64,000 nucleotides of DNA from Rebecca billardiae RCC1528. Taxonomy: Eukaryota > Protista > Haptophyta. Position numbers and translations under genes: made by a program. The stretch lies in assembly GCA_965240325.2 (NCBI GenBank), contig OZ251246.1, positions 992,001 to 1,056,000 of the forward strand. The letters are read 5' to 3'. The notes beneath the pieces were generated by a model. That model made no database searches and was not told the DNA's origin. It saw only the letters and a program-made list of their open reading frames with translations. This document shows, piece after piece, positions 32,524 to 43,964 of this stretch. How positions within the stretch are numbered: position 1 is the stretch's first letter; every line of letters starts with the position of its first letter.

Positions 32524-34697
32524 TCAGGCATACCGCAGCAGGAGCACTTCGCCCGCTGCCGTGCCCAGCGCGAGCTCGTGCGTCGAGTTCTGCCGCTTCT
32601 TGGTCGTGCGTGTCTCAGGCGCCTCCGGAGTGACCACTGCGGTGATGTGCGTGCCCGCTCGGAAGCCGCTGCGGAGGCGGCGCGGGCCGCGCGCAGCGTG
32701 CGCAGAGCGAGCGTGCGCGGTGGGGCGTGTGGCGCGTGAGAGGGCGGGCGGGCGGCAGCAGCACGCGCACGCGCACGCGCACGCGCGCGCGGCGCACGCC
32801 GCGCGCACCACTCCCAGAGCGAGCACTTCTTGAGCATGCGCAGCCCCGCGCACGCGAGCAGCAACACCTGGTCCGCGCGCGGCTGCGAGATGGAGCCTGC
32901 CACCACGACCATGTCGTCTCGGTTGTTGCGGTGGTCGTTGCCGCAGAGCAGGGTGGCGGCGGTCACGAGCGCGAGCGCGCGCGAGGCGTCGGAGATCGAC
33001 GCGTCGGCCGTCGCGCGGATCCGCACCTCGCGCGTGCTCGCGATCAGCACGGCGTTGCCGAGCGCGTGCAGCCGCACCGCCACCGTCTCCGCGGGGTCGA
33101 GGTCGAGCTGCATCGAGCGCGTCGGAACGTCGTACACACGGCCGGGCCACTGCGGGTCGTGTGAGAGGCGCCACCAGCGCATCACGTCGGCTGACTGCGT
33201 GACGCAGAAGGACCAGCTGCCCAGCGTGCCCTTGAAGTACCAGATGTTCTCCACCGGCCGCTGGTGGAAGCCGCGCAGCGACTGGATCGTCGCGCCGCGC
33301 ACCGTGTACACCTGCAGCGTGTGCGCGCTCGGCGTCTCTGCGTAGCCCACCACGAAGACGTTGTTGTCCGCCGGGTAGAACTGCAGGGCGGTCACGTGCG
33401 CGGGCATCTCGAAGGAGAGCGCGACGGGGTCCGGGCCCCAGTCGCGGTGGAACAGCGCGTAGTACAGCCGCACCACGCCGTTGCGCAGCAGCATGAAGTA
33501 GCTGCCCGCGTTGTTCACGACCGCCTGCGGGTCTGAGGGCTGCCGCCCCATGTTCCGCGCGAGTGGAGCGAACGCGCCGCCTCCGGGCCGCGCGCGCGGC
33601 GAGGGCTCGGCGGCTGCGGGCGCGCCCGCGCCGCCGACGTGGGGCAGGTGCGCCCAGATCCGCGCCCACTCGACCGCGCGCGTCTCCTCCTCGCCCGCGC
33701 CACCGCCGCCATCGCCGCCGCCCGCCGAGCCCGCGGGGCTCAGCCCAGCGCTCGCATCGTCGTGCTCCGCGCCCGCGCCGTGCGCGCTGTCGGCGCCGCT
33801 GCTCCCGCCGCCGTCGCCGTCGCCGCTGCCGCCGCCGTCGCCGCTACCGCCCGGGTCCCCCCTGTCGCGCCTGCCCTGCGGCACGTTCCACACCGCCGAC
33901 TGCGTGACGCCGCCGCCCTCGTCGCACACCAGCTTGCACACGCCGCATCGCTTCGACAGCGCCTGCAGCCGCCGAGGGGGGCGGGCGGGTTGCACGCGGG
34001 TGGCGACGGCGCGCGCGCGCGCGGTGAGGGGAGATCGCGCGGGCTGGCGCGCGCGCGCGCGCACGCGAGCGTCTGCGCCGCCTCCGCGCCCGCCCGCTCC
34101 CAGCGCCCCGCGCGCGAAGCATGCGCGCGCGCGCGCGCTCGCGCGCACGAGCACGTGCGCGCGCGACGAGCGCGAGAAGAAGCCGAGCTGAATGATCGGG
34201 GCGCCCATCGTGATCAGCCGGGAGACGCGGACGGTGCGCGAGGTGTGCTTGTCCTCGTCCTCGCAGTCGCGGAGCACCTTCTTCGACCACGAGACGCACA
34301 CCAGCGCGCACGTGCGCCGGTGCCTGAGCGGCAGCAGCGTGAAGATCCGCACGGCCAGATCAGCAACGTCCAGCACGTCTCTGAGGCTGACGGGCGTGCT
34401 GGCGGTCTGGCGCTGCATGAGCTTGAGGTCGAAGCAGCGCACGAGCTCGGCGCGCACGAGCGCGCGGCCCTGCGCGTCGAGCAGCGGCAGCTCGCTCGAC
34501 GCCATGCTCGTGCGGCGCGCAAAGCCCTCGAGCTCATCAAGCGCGAGCTCCGACCAGACGCTCGCGCGCCGGCCGGTGAGGTCCGTGGCGTGGGGCTGCT
34601 CGGGGGCGGGGTGCGAAGCGTCGGCGCCTTCGGGCGCGGAGGCCGACCCGTCGCCCGCCGCGCGCGAGCGCTTTCGCGAGCTTGCGCTGGGCAGCAT
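32524..34697 (-). CDS. F-box protein with probable divergent WD40/beta-propeller C-terminus, 3 exons
   Basis: F-box LDVADLAVRIFTLLPLRHRRTCALVCVSW. WD-like HVTALQFYP, LRGFHQRPVENI and ELALGTAAGEVLL. Introns 34148-33963 and 32808-32669. Confidence 0.7.
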
Positions 34698-34926
34698 CGC
34701 CGCCCCGCCGGCGCCGTCGAGGCCACCGCGGCGCGATGGGTACTACTGGTACCTCGCGGTTGCGCTCGCCGCGCCGCCGCCGCCGCCCCGCCGGCGCAAG
34801 CTTTGCGCAGCGACTCGTCGGGGGGACGCCGGTTCAAGCAAGGGACTCCCCTTGGTTCAAGGGCCGGTTGATGAGCAACCTCACCAGGCACCTACTTTAT
34901 CTAGATACTGTAGTCCGGAGTCCCTG

Positions 34927-35757
34927 TCATACCTTAGATACTGACGTACATATAGAGCGGTTTCGAACGGGATTCGTTGCAGCGTTCCGACCAATTCTCG
35001 ACCGGAACTTGCAGAATTCCGCGCGCATCGTCACCACGGACAAGGCGACAATAACAAAACTGTGCCCTGGCGGGCGGGGGGGTCGGCGGGCCGTGCCAGT
35101 GCTGTCGCAATGTTTCCTCTGCGGGTTCGCGTCTTTCCACAGCATTCGCTCGTGGTCGTGGGTGACGGACAGTCGGACCAGTGACACCTGTGACGGTGTG
35201 CCAGTTCTCCCGAACGCGGTGCCGCAGTACGCGTCCGTGTGCATCAGCGAGGCCCACACCCACGAGGGAATGTGCAGCACGCGGGGCGGGGCGGGTAGCC
35301 CGTTGCTCCGCGCGAGCGCGGGTACGCGATGTATGTGCCGCATCTCGACCGCGATGGCGTAATCGAGCGCCTCGCCACCGACAAAGCCGCCAGAGTAGAT
35401 CATGTGCATGTCCTCCTTCCGCCAGCCGAGAGCGGTCGTCGCGAGGACGCTTGCCGATGTCCGCTCTGGGCATGATGGGCTCGGCGCAGGTCGCGTTGAC
35501 ATCGTACACGGCCGCCACGCTGAGCACCAGCGCGTTGACGTTCACGCGGTCGTCGCTCTTCGCCTCTTCGACAGGTCTGGCACCCGCGTGTTTGGCGTCA
35601 CGAGGAGCTGTTGGTTGTGCGCGCGCGCGCGCACAGCGACAGCGTGTGCCACTCGCGATCGAGAGTAGGCACGAGCTGCTCACGCAGGCACACGAATCGC
35701 AGCGCATCCGTCACCGGCGTGACGACGTCGGCCTCGTCCCGCAGCGCCTGCGCCATG
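34927..35757 (-). pseudogene. Frameshifted coding relic with weak Ulp1/SUMO-protease N-terminal resemblance, possibly TE cargo
   Basis: KEDMHMIYSGGFVGGEALDYAIAV...RVLHIPSWVWASL loosely matches the DLxxLxxxxWLxDEVIxFY...FxSxF block. Protein-like text is split over three frames. No catalytic triad recognised. Confidence 0.25.
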
Positions 35758-36729
35758 GACGAGGATGGCGCGTCGATGTTGCATGCTCGACGATTCATCT
35801 CTCTGCGGATGGCATCACGGGCTTGTCTGTGTCGCGCTGCGGCGAGGGTCGCCAACTCGCGAAGACGCGGTTGCTGCTACGGCGACAGACCCGGGAGGTC
35901 CGTCCGCTGCGCGTCGTACGCCGTTGGCGCTGCGCTTCCGTCGCATTGGTCACCGTCGACGCCATGCACGCCGGACGTGGGCTTCGGCTGAGGGACCGCG
36001 ACAGACAGTCCGGACTGTCCGGTGCGCGGATTCCGGCGATCGAGTTCGGAAGGCCGCGCCAAATCTTGCGTCGCGTGCGATGGCGCTTCCCGCCCGCGAG
36101 ACACCTCGTGATGAGGGCCTTTCCGCACCGAGCCCGACGCGCGGCGGTGGATCGCGCGAGGTGGCTGTCGTGCGCAGCGCTTGATGCTATGGCCGGTGCG
36201 AGCGCTCGACGTGCACGTCGGGCGAGGACCGCCCCAGGTCGCACGATCGTGTCGACGCGCCGAGCGTACCGCTCCAAACGCGTCGATTTAGCCCCCGTTC
36301 GACCTGCACGCGAGACGACGAGGGCAGCAATCGCGAATCGGGCGAAAACCCCCCTCGGGAGTCCTCGCGCGATGTCCGCGCCGGCGTTGGATTTGGCGCG
36401 CGCGGCCCACGCGCTCCGCGCCACCCGGTACTGTGTTTTCGGCCGAGCGTCCCCAGTGGGAGCTGCGAGGGCGCCCGGTAGTGAGCGAAGCGATTTTCTT
36501 TTCTTGGCGGACGATTTTCTTTTTTATTTTTCTTTTTCTTTTCTTTTTCCCGGGCACTACAAGGGGCGGACCTACGGCCCGCCATTCAAAAGACCGCCAT
36601 TGTGCTTCCTCTGACACTGGCTTGATGAATCATTTCGCCGCAGCACGGCAGGGCCATTTCTTTGGCAGGGCCGCGCAGCACGTGGACCGCCCGGCTTGGC
36701 CGCGCGCGCCGCGCACGGCGCTCGTCAGC

Positions 36730-38800
36730 ATGTCAGCTCGCCCGCTGCCGTTCCGGCTACGCGTGCCGCTGGCGAAGATCCTGCATGCGAAGCGCGGCGC
36801 GCCCGCGCAGGCGCCCAGCGTGTCTGGTTTCGGCGAGGAGATGTGGGACTACACCTCCAAGCCGGACTACCTCCGGCTCACGCTCACGTCGCGCGTGTAC
36901 GACGTGGCCAACGAGTCGCCCATGCTGCCGGCGAGCAAGCTGAGCGAGCGGCTGGGCAACGCGGTCTACTTCAAGCGCGAGGACCTGCAGCCGGGGTACT
37001 CGTTCAAAGTGCGCGGCGCGTACAACAAGCTCGCGCACATGAAGCCGGAAGACGTGCGCGGCGGCGTGCTCGCGCACGCGGTCGGCGCGCATGCAGAGGG
37101 CGTCGCGATCGCCGCGCACAAGCTCGGCGTGCCCGTGACGGTGGTGCTGCCCGAGAAGACGTCTGCGTGGAAGCAGCGCAACCTGGAGCGCCTCGGCGCG
37201 ACGCTCGTGCTCCACGGCCGCACGCACGAGGACGCCGTCGCCGAGTGCGCGCGCCTCTCACTCGAGAGCGGCCGGCCGGTGATCCCATCGTTCGACGACC
37301 CGCTCGTGATCGCCGGCCAGGGCACGGTGGGGCTGGAGGTGCTGCGCCAGCTGTCCGAGAGCCCGCCGCACGCCGTGTTCGTCTGCGTCGGCGGCGGCGG
37401 CCTGCTCGCCGGCGTCAGCGCGTGCATCAAGGCGGTCAACCCCGCCGTGAAGGTGATTGGCGTCGAGGCGACTGGCGCGGACGCGATGGGGCGCTCGCTG
37501 CGCCAAGGGTACAGGCTCACGCTCGAGCACGTGGAGCAGTTCGCCGAGGGCGCCGCCGTCGCGCGCGTGGGCGAGGAGACGTTCCGGTGCGCACGCGCCT
37601 CGCCGCGTCCCGCCGCCGCCGCCGCCGCCGCGTGCGCGCCGCCCGCGGTCGGCTGCGATTGACCGCGCCGCCGTGCGCCGCCGTGCGCCGCCGTGCGCTG
37701 CCGCGCGGCGTGCGGCGCAGCATCTGCGACGAGCTCGTGGACGACATGATCACGGTGACTCCGGACGAGATCTGCGCGTCGGTGCAGGACGGCTTCGAAG
37801 ACACGCGCGCGATGCTCGAGCCGGCGGGCGCGATCGCGATCGCGGGCCTCAAGAAGTGGGCCAAGCACGCGGGCGTGTCGGGCGAGACGCTGGTCGCCGT
37901 CACGTCCGGCGCCAACCTCACCTTCAACCGACTGCGGATGATCGCGGAGCGCGCGCTGATCGGGCAGCGCACGGAGGCGCTGCTCGCCGTGCGCATGCCC
38001 GACAGGCCCGGCGCGATGCTCAAGCTCTACGGCGCCATCGCCCCGCGCAACGTCACCGAGATGCTCTACCGCTCCTCCATGTCCGAGTCGAACAGCGAGG
38101 CGACCATCTTCCTCTCGATCGAGGTGAACGAGCAGGGCGCGGCCGCGGCGGGCGAGGTGGACCGGATGGACGAGGAGGTGGCGGAGATCGTGAAGGGGCT
38201 GGCGGTGGAGGGCATCCGCGCGGACGACATGTCGGAGAACGAGCTCGCCAAGAGCCACATGCGCTACCTCGCCGGCGGCACCAAGGTAAGGGCGCGAGCG
38301 CTGCTCGGCCGCGCGGCCGGGCGCAGCGCTCGCACTCAAAGTCGCTGCCAGGCTGCCAGGCGCTCACGCACGCGCCTTCCCGCGTGCCGCGCGCGCGCGC
38401 GCACGCGCGTTGCAGCCCAAGGGGGGCGAGATGCTCTATCGCTTCGAGTTCCCGGAGCAGCCGGGCGCGCTCAACAAGTTCCTCACCATGTGCGCGTGCG
38501 GCGTCGCGCGCAGCTGCGCAGGCGCCCCCCTCCGTGCTCACGCGCGCTCACCCACGGGAGCGCCGCACGCCGCCCCTCTCGCGCGCCGGCGCACGCAGGT
38601 TCAACGATCACGCGGGTGGAACGAGCTGGAACCTGACCTTGCTGCACTACAGGTACCGCGGTGCAGAGGTGTCGCGCGTGCTCACGGGCATCCAGGTGCC
38701 GCCCGCGGAGATGGCGCAGTTCCAGGAGTTCCTCGACAAGCTCGGCTACTACTACGTGGACGAGAGCAGCAACGTTGTGTATTCGACGTACTGCGACTGA
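36730..38800 (+). CDS. ilvA: Threonine dehydratase, biosynthetic type, with C-terminal regulatory domains, 4 exons
   Basis: VYDVANESP, FKREDLQPGYSFKVRGAYNK, FDDPLVIAGQGTVG, VGGGGL, LEPAGA, SGAN, PDRPG, ELAKSHMRYLAGG, YRFEFPEQPGAL, WNLTLLHYR. Introns 37587-37720, 38286-38415 and 38490-38598. Confidence 0.92.
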
Positions 38801-39379
38801 CTGAGGGCGGCGGCTCACTCAGCGGCGCGCGTCCGACGAGCGTGACGCCGGGCGCAGCCGGCTCGATGGCGGGCGGCGCACAGGCTCGACTAGCGCTTCC
38901 GTTCGCGTAGTGTGCTGGGCAGCCCGGCGCCCTAAGCCGCTGCTGGCCGCGGCTGGCGCGCCTGCTAACTTAAGCTACAGCGCTAGTGCTTGTTGCGGGG
39001 CGTCGCGGCCGTGCGGCGCAGTCGGGCCGTGCGGGCGCCAGCTCAGCAGCTGTACATGTATACTGTATACTCAGCTGTGCTCAAGTCAGCATCAGATTCC
39101 GAGCACCCGCTGCTGACGATTGCTGGTCCGGGACCGGATGTGATAGTCTAGCAGCATGACTCCATGTGATGACGACTGAATAAGCAGCAGGCATTGCGTC
39201 AGCGCAGTATCCCGGACCCGACCGAGCGAGTCATCGCGACGCCATTCGACGCGGAATCCGGGACGAATCGCGGTCCGCGCCAGCTGCCTGCTGATGCTCC
39301 AGCAGTCCAGCGCGGCGCCGCCGCGGACGGTGCGCAGCAGCAGCAGGGCCGATGAACGACCACGACCGCGCACCCGCGG

Positions 39380-41755
39380 TCAGCGGCCAGCCGCGCCCGA
39401 CGGCGGGCGCTCGCACATGTACGCGAGCAACGTCGACGACGTCGACTCGGGCGCGTTGCACTGCGTGGTCGACCATCCCTGCCCGCGCTCCTGCCCGACG
39501 ACCGCGCACTCGCCGCGCTCCAGCACCGGCTCGCCCTGCGCCCACTCGACGTAGTCTGCCCTCCCGCCCACCGGCGCTCCGCCCGCCCACGCCCAGCCCT
39601 CCCTGCCCTGGCGCGAGTAGCCGATCCACGTGCCCATCGACGCGTAGCGCTGCATGCAGTACACAAACCGGCCCTCGGCCTCGCTGCCGATGGCGACGAG
39701 CGCGCCGCCCTCCGCGCGGCACATCGCGAGCGCTCCGCCCCACGAGCTCTGGCCCGGGCGCGCGCCGATGCCGCCCAGGCCCGAGAAGAGGTACTCCGAC
39801 GTGCCGTTGGCGAACGCCGGCGCGAGCCACTCGCCCGCGCGCTCACCGCCGGAGGGCAGCTGCTCGCGCAGCAGCCGCTCGCACGCGCGGCAGTCCGCCT
39901 CGGCGGGCGCGGCGCCCCACGCGAGCAGGCCGGTCAGCACGAGCGCGTACGCGAGCACAAGCGCGAGCCTGCCCGCCGCACGGCTGGCGCGGCGAGCGCG
40001 CGACGCCCCGCATGGGAGGAGGCCCGGCATCGCGTGCAGCGCGGCGCGCTGCCGTCCCGCGGGCGGCGGCGGCGCTGCAGGCACCGCGTGACCCGCGTGC
40101 TGCGCGGCGCCATCGGCCGGCCCCCTCCAGTCGTCGCGTGCGGGCACGGCCTCGTCAGGCGGCGGCACCGCCTCGACCTCAGCCTGAAACCTCACGATGG
40201 TGTCGATGGAGTCGGGCGAGCGCAGGCCCGGGGTGATCTGCGCGGTGTTGTTCGCCGGCAGGCGCAGCGGCGGGATCGCGCTCGCGGGGACGACGGACAC
40301 GCTCGCCAGGCGGTGCGGCGGCAGCGCTTGCCCCCCGGGCGCGGCACCACCCTCGAGCCCAAAGCCGCGCCGTGTCGGCACGGAGCTGAGCAGCGAGCGC
40401 ATCGCGCCGTTGAACGCGTCGAGCCCGCCGTCGCACGCGGACTCGATGCAGGCGAGCAGGCGGAAGTAGTCGGCGCGGTTCATCGAGGCGCACGCGCGCA
40501 CGTCGTACGTCTCGATCGCGAGCTCGCGGTTGTACCCAGGCAGCTCAAACAGCGTGAGCCTCTCCTGGGCCACACCCAGCCCGATGTGTGTCCACACACA
40601 GACCTCGACTGTCTGCCACAGCCGGCCGACGAACGTCGGGCCGGCGAGGAGGACGAACTCGTTGCACCCGGCGATGTAGCACGGCAGGTTGCCCACGTCG
40701 AGCGCCGGGCTCGTCGTGTCGATGCAGCACGTGTCGATCCACACCGTCGGCTCCCGGCCGAACGAACTCACAAACTCGCGGCGCCACGCCTGCAGCGCCG
40801 CCCAGCGCGCGGCAGGGTCGTCGTGGTGCGAGTGCGAGATGAACGCGTCCACGTCCGCAAAGCGCGCGGGGAGCGTGGTCTCGTAGAGCTGGTGCGCGTC
40901 CGTCGCCCAGCGGAAGACGGCGGGCGTGAGCTTATCCAACCGCACGCCGCGAAACCGCTCCGCTGCGCTCTGTAGTACTGAGTCGATCCGTGAGCTGTGC
41001 AGCATGGCAGCGATCCCGGTCGCCGACGACATCAGCTCGCCGCTCGCGGCGAGCCAGCCGTGCACGCGCGCGCGCACGTCGGTGGTGAGCTCGAGCACGC
41101 CGATCGCGCAGGCGAGCGCGCAGAGGGCTACAATCCCCCCGAAGTGCACGGTGCCGAAGATTGGCGGCGAGCGCGTGACCAGCATCGCTGTGCTGCTCAG
41201 CAGCACCGCGCCGGTTGCGAGGTAGCAAAGCGCGAGCGTGCGGTGGAGGCGCAGCAGCAGCACGCTGGGCCAGATGCGGCCTCGGAGCGCCTGCACGAGC
41301 CCGTGCGCACTGTACGAGCCCGCGACGAGCCAAGCGACCGTGAGCGCCTGCCAGGTCAAGACGCCCGCGTACATGTAGTCGGTCGCGCTGCACGTGGGCA
41401 CGCCCCAGCCGATCAGCGAGTTTGCGACCGTGCGGTCCAGGGCATAGAGCGCGACGGCGAGGGAGATGGCGGAGATGGCGACGCCCGTGATCTTGATGGA
41501 GCGGCTATCCGACGGCAGCAGCGCCAGGAGCATGAGAGGCTGCCCGGTGGCAATCATCAGCGTGCTCGCCACCCACGACCTCCCCCCAATGGGCGACATC
41601 CCGAGGGTGACGCCGCCCGCGGCGAGCAAAAGAAGGCCACACACGAGCGGCGGCCCGGAGAGCACAAGCCGACGTTTCCGCGCGGCGAGGCGCGACGCCT
41701 CGAGCTGGTCGCGGATCGTCAGCCATTGCGGCTCGTGTGCCTCGCTCTGCGGCAT
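39380..41755 (-). CDS. Intronless multi-TM / TIR-HET-like domain / TM / C-type lectin-like domain protein
   Basis: About 6-7 N-terminal hydrophobic helices. DAFISHSHHDD..W..L..W...F...PTVWIDTCCID...LPCYIAGC..F.LLAGPTFVGRLWQTVE. TM LALVLAYALVLTGLLAWG. CTLD SWGGALAMC...GALVAI.SEAE..FV...WIG....W.W..G....YVEWAQGEP...EC.......W....C......YMCE. Confidence 0.8.
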   Translation of the reverse strand: MPQSEAHEPQWLTIRDQLEASRLAARKRRLVLSGPPLVCGLLLLAAGGVTLGMSPIGGRSWVASTLMIATGQPLMLLALLPSDSRSIKITGVAISAISLAVALYALDRTVANSLIGWGVPTCSATDYMYAGVLTWQALTVAWLVAGSYSAHGLVQALRGRIWPSVLLLRLHRTLALCYLATGAVLLSSTAMLVTRSPPIFGTVHFGGIVALCALACAIGVLELTTDVRARVHGWLAASGELMSSATGIAAMLHSSRIDSVLQSAAERFRGVRLDKLTPAVFRWATDAHQLYETTLPARFADVDAFISHSHHDDPAARWAALQAWRREFVSSFGREPTVWIDTCCIDTTSPALDVGNLPCYIAGCNEFVLLAGPTFVGRLWQTVEVCVWTHIGLGVAQERLTLFELPGYNRELAIETYDVRACASMNRADYFRLLACIESACDGGLDAFNGAMRSLLSSVPTRRGFGLEGGAAPGGQALPPHRLASVSVVPASAIPPLRLPANNTAQITPGLRSPDSIDTIVRFQAEVEAVPPPDEAVPARDDWRGPADGAAQHAGHAVPAAPPPPAGRQRAALHAMPGLLPCGASRARRASRAAGRLALVLAYALVLTGLLAWGAAPAEADCRACERLLREQLPSGGERAGEWLAPAFANGTSEYLFSGLGGIGARPGQSSWGGALAMCRAEGGALVAIGSEAEGRFVYCMQRYASMGTWIGYSRQGREGWAWAGGAPVGGRADYVEWAQGEPVLERGECAVVGQERGQGWSTTQCNAPESTSSTLLAYMCERPPSGAAGR

Positions 41756-41811
41756 GGACGGGCGCTCGCGGGAGAGCACGCGGGGGGCGCAAAATGCTGC
41801 GCAGTGTATTT

Positions 41812-43964
41812 CATAAGCCTATTTCTGCGAGCGTTACTCTCTCTAAGAGCCGCGCGTCCTGAACAGTCTGAATACGGAAACTCGTGAAGGCAAGTCGCCT
41901 TCGGCTGGGGACACCCGGTCCGCAGTGGCCGAGCCCGTGGCAGCCACGGACAGCTCGCACGGGCGCCGCGGCGTGAGGTCCTGCGGCCGTGGCGGTGCCT
42001 ATAGCAGGCGGCGCGGTGCTCGCGCGGCTGCAAAGGCGTGATGTACTCCACTCTGCGCTGCGCGCCTGCCCGCCCTCGTCACCTCCTTCGCGCCTGAGGC
42101 TGGCGCGCACACGTGCGCCGCGCCGCTCGTGCGAGCAGTGGCCGTGCCGCTTGTGGACGAGAGCTTGCACCCGCGCACGACGAGGTCGGTGCGGAGCGCG
42201 AGCAGACGAGGTCGGTGCGGAGCGCGAGCAGACATGCAGTGGGCCGTTTGCGTGCCCTACGCTCGCCGTGCAACATCACGCCTTGCGCGTGCGCACAGCC
42301 AGCGATCTCAGCGCAGGCCGTTGAGTGCATGCATACCGCAGGCGCGTGAGATCTGGTCGGCTCAGCGTGTAGGCTGCCGTTGTTGGAGACATCAGCATTG
42401 CGAGTGCGCTGGGACACTGCTAGTACGCGTGTTCGCACACTGACGTGAGCCCGCACACGCATCCAAACTGAGTGAAGACTGGGCCCCGTGCACACTACGG
42501 TACAGGCACGGCAGCGTGACGTCACATCACGTAACGTCATGTCATGACGTCATGACATGACGCTAGGAATGGCGTCACGTGACGGCCGGGCAGTGCTCTG
42601 CCCACGCCTGGCACACCCGGACCCACGTAGTCAGTGCACGCGGGGCTGACCGCGGCGGCGCGGCGCGGCGAGTGGCGGGACGCACCGGCGCCGCTGCCCG
42701 CCCCTGCTGATGCCGGGCCCGCTGCCCCGGGCTCATGAGAGAGCGGCTACTATCAGCGGGAGTCGATGCGGATGGCTACAACAGCACCACTGCGTCCCGT
42801 AGCAGCGGCACGCCAGCCCCCGCCGGACCAACACCGGTAGCACAGTCCGTGCACGTTACGTCTGTTACTTGGCGACCCGGCCTCCGTGCCGGGCGTGCGC
42901 GGCATGTCGTGACATAAAGGCTTCACCGACATGTAACCGACGAAACGGTCCCCACAAGAGTGTATGTCGGCATAACGCGTAAATAATTGCGCGTAAAACG
43001 CGTTACGTCATGACGTGACGACAGAAGAACTGCACGGGCATGACGCGTAGTGGGGCGCCCAGCTCGTTGGCTGTGCCGCTCAAGTTGCCAAGGGGTGAGG
43101 CAGTCTGGGACGAGGGCTGGCTGCACGTATTCAACACCTTTCCAAGGCATGGTGCGGCATGTACACCAGTAGCGTGGGGCGTCCATTGCAAACCAGTCGA
43201 CTTCTTCTTCTATAAGTACCAGGTCCAGGGCGGAGACCGCTCTCGCCGCCTGCAGAGACTCAGCAGGCGCGGCGCGGTGCGTAGCGGGCGTAGTCGCTGC
43301 TATACGTAGTAGAACTGAAGGTTTCCAAGCGGCCCGATCACGCGCATCAGCCGCCCGTGACCACGGTGTTCTACGTACATACATTTCCAACATTGCCACA
43401 CACATGCCCGCCAGAGTCACAGGCTTATCCTTGTCTCATCAGTCGCGGTTTCACCGACTCCGAGCCGACAACAGTTGAATGACTTTCTGTGGTCGGTCGC
43501 TGGCTGTGCGCACGCGCAAGGCGTGATGTTGCACGGCGAGCGTAGGGCACGCAAACGGCCCACTGCATGTCTGCTCGCGCTCCGCACCGACCTCGTCGTG
43601 CGCGGGTGCAAGCTCTCGTTCACAAGCGGCACGGCCACTGCTCGCACGAGCGGCGCGGCGCGCGTGTGCGCGCCAGCCTCAGGCGCGAAGGAGGTGACGA
43701 GGGCGGGCAGGCGCGCAGCGCAGAGTGGAGTACATCACGCCTTTGCAGCCGCGCGAGCACCGCGCCGCCTGCTATAGGCACCGCCACGGCCGCAGGACCT
43801 CACGCCGCGGCGCCCGTGCGAGCTGTCCATGGCTGCCACGGGCTCGGCCACTGCGGACCGGGTGTCCCCAGCCGAAGGCGACTTGCCTTCACGAGTTTCC
43901 GTATTCAGACTGTTCAGGACGCGCGGCTCTTAGAGAGAGTAACGCTCGCAGAAATAGGCTTATG
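41812..43964. mobile_element. Long near-perfect inverted repeat (arms about 470-490 bp) enclosing a 1.2-kb spacer; putative long-TIR element
   Basis: Arm 41812-42305 is the reverse complement of 43497-43964. By eye I found two substitutions plus a 26-bp tandem duplication in the left arm (42180-42231). Termini are CATAAG..CTTATG. No TSD seen. Confidence 0.85.

Noticed and set aside
14903-38800. serC and ilvA as an amino-acid metabolic gene cluster
   Set aside because: They are 20 kb apart with unrelated genes between, and there is no evidence of clustering beyond chance.
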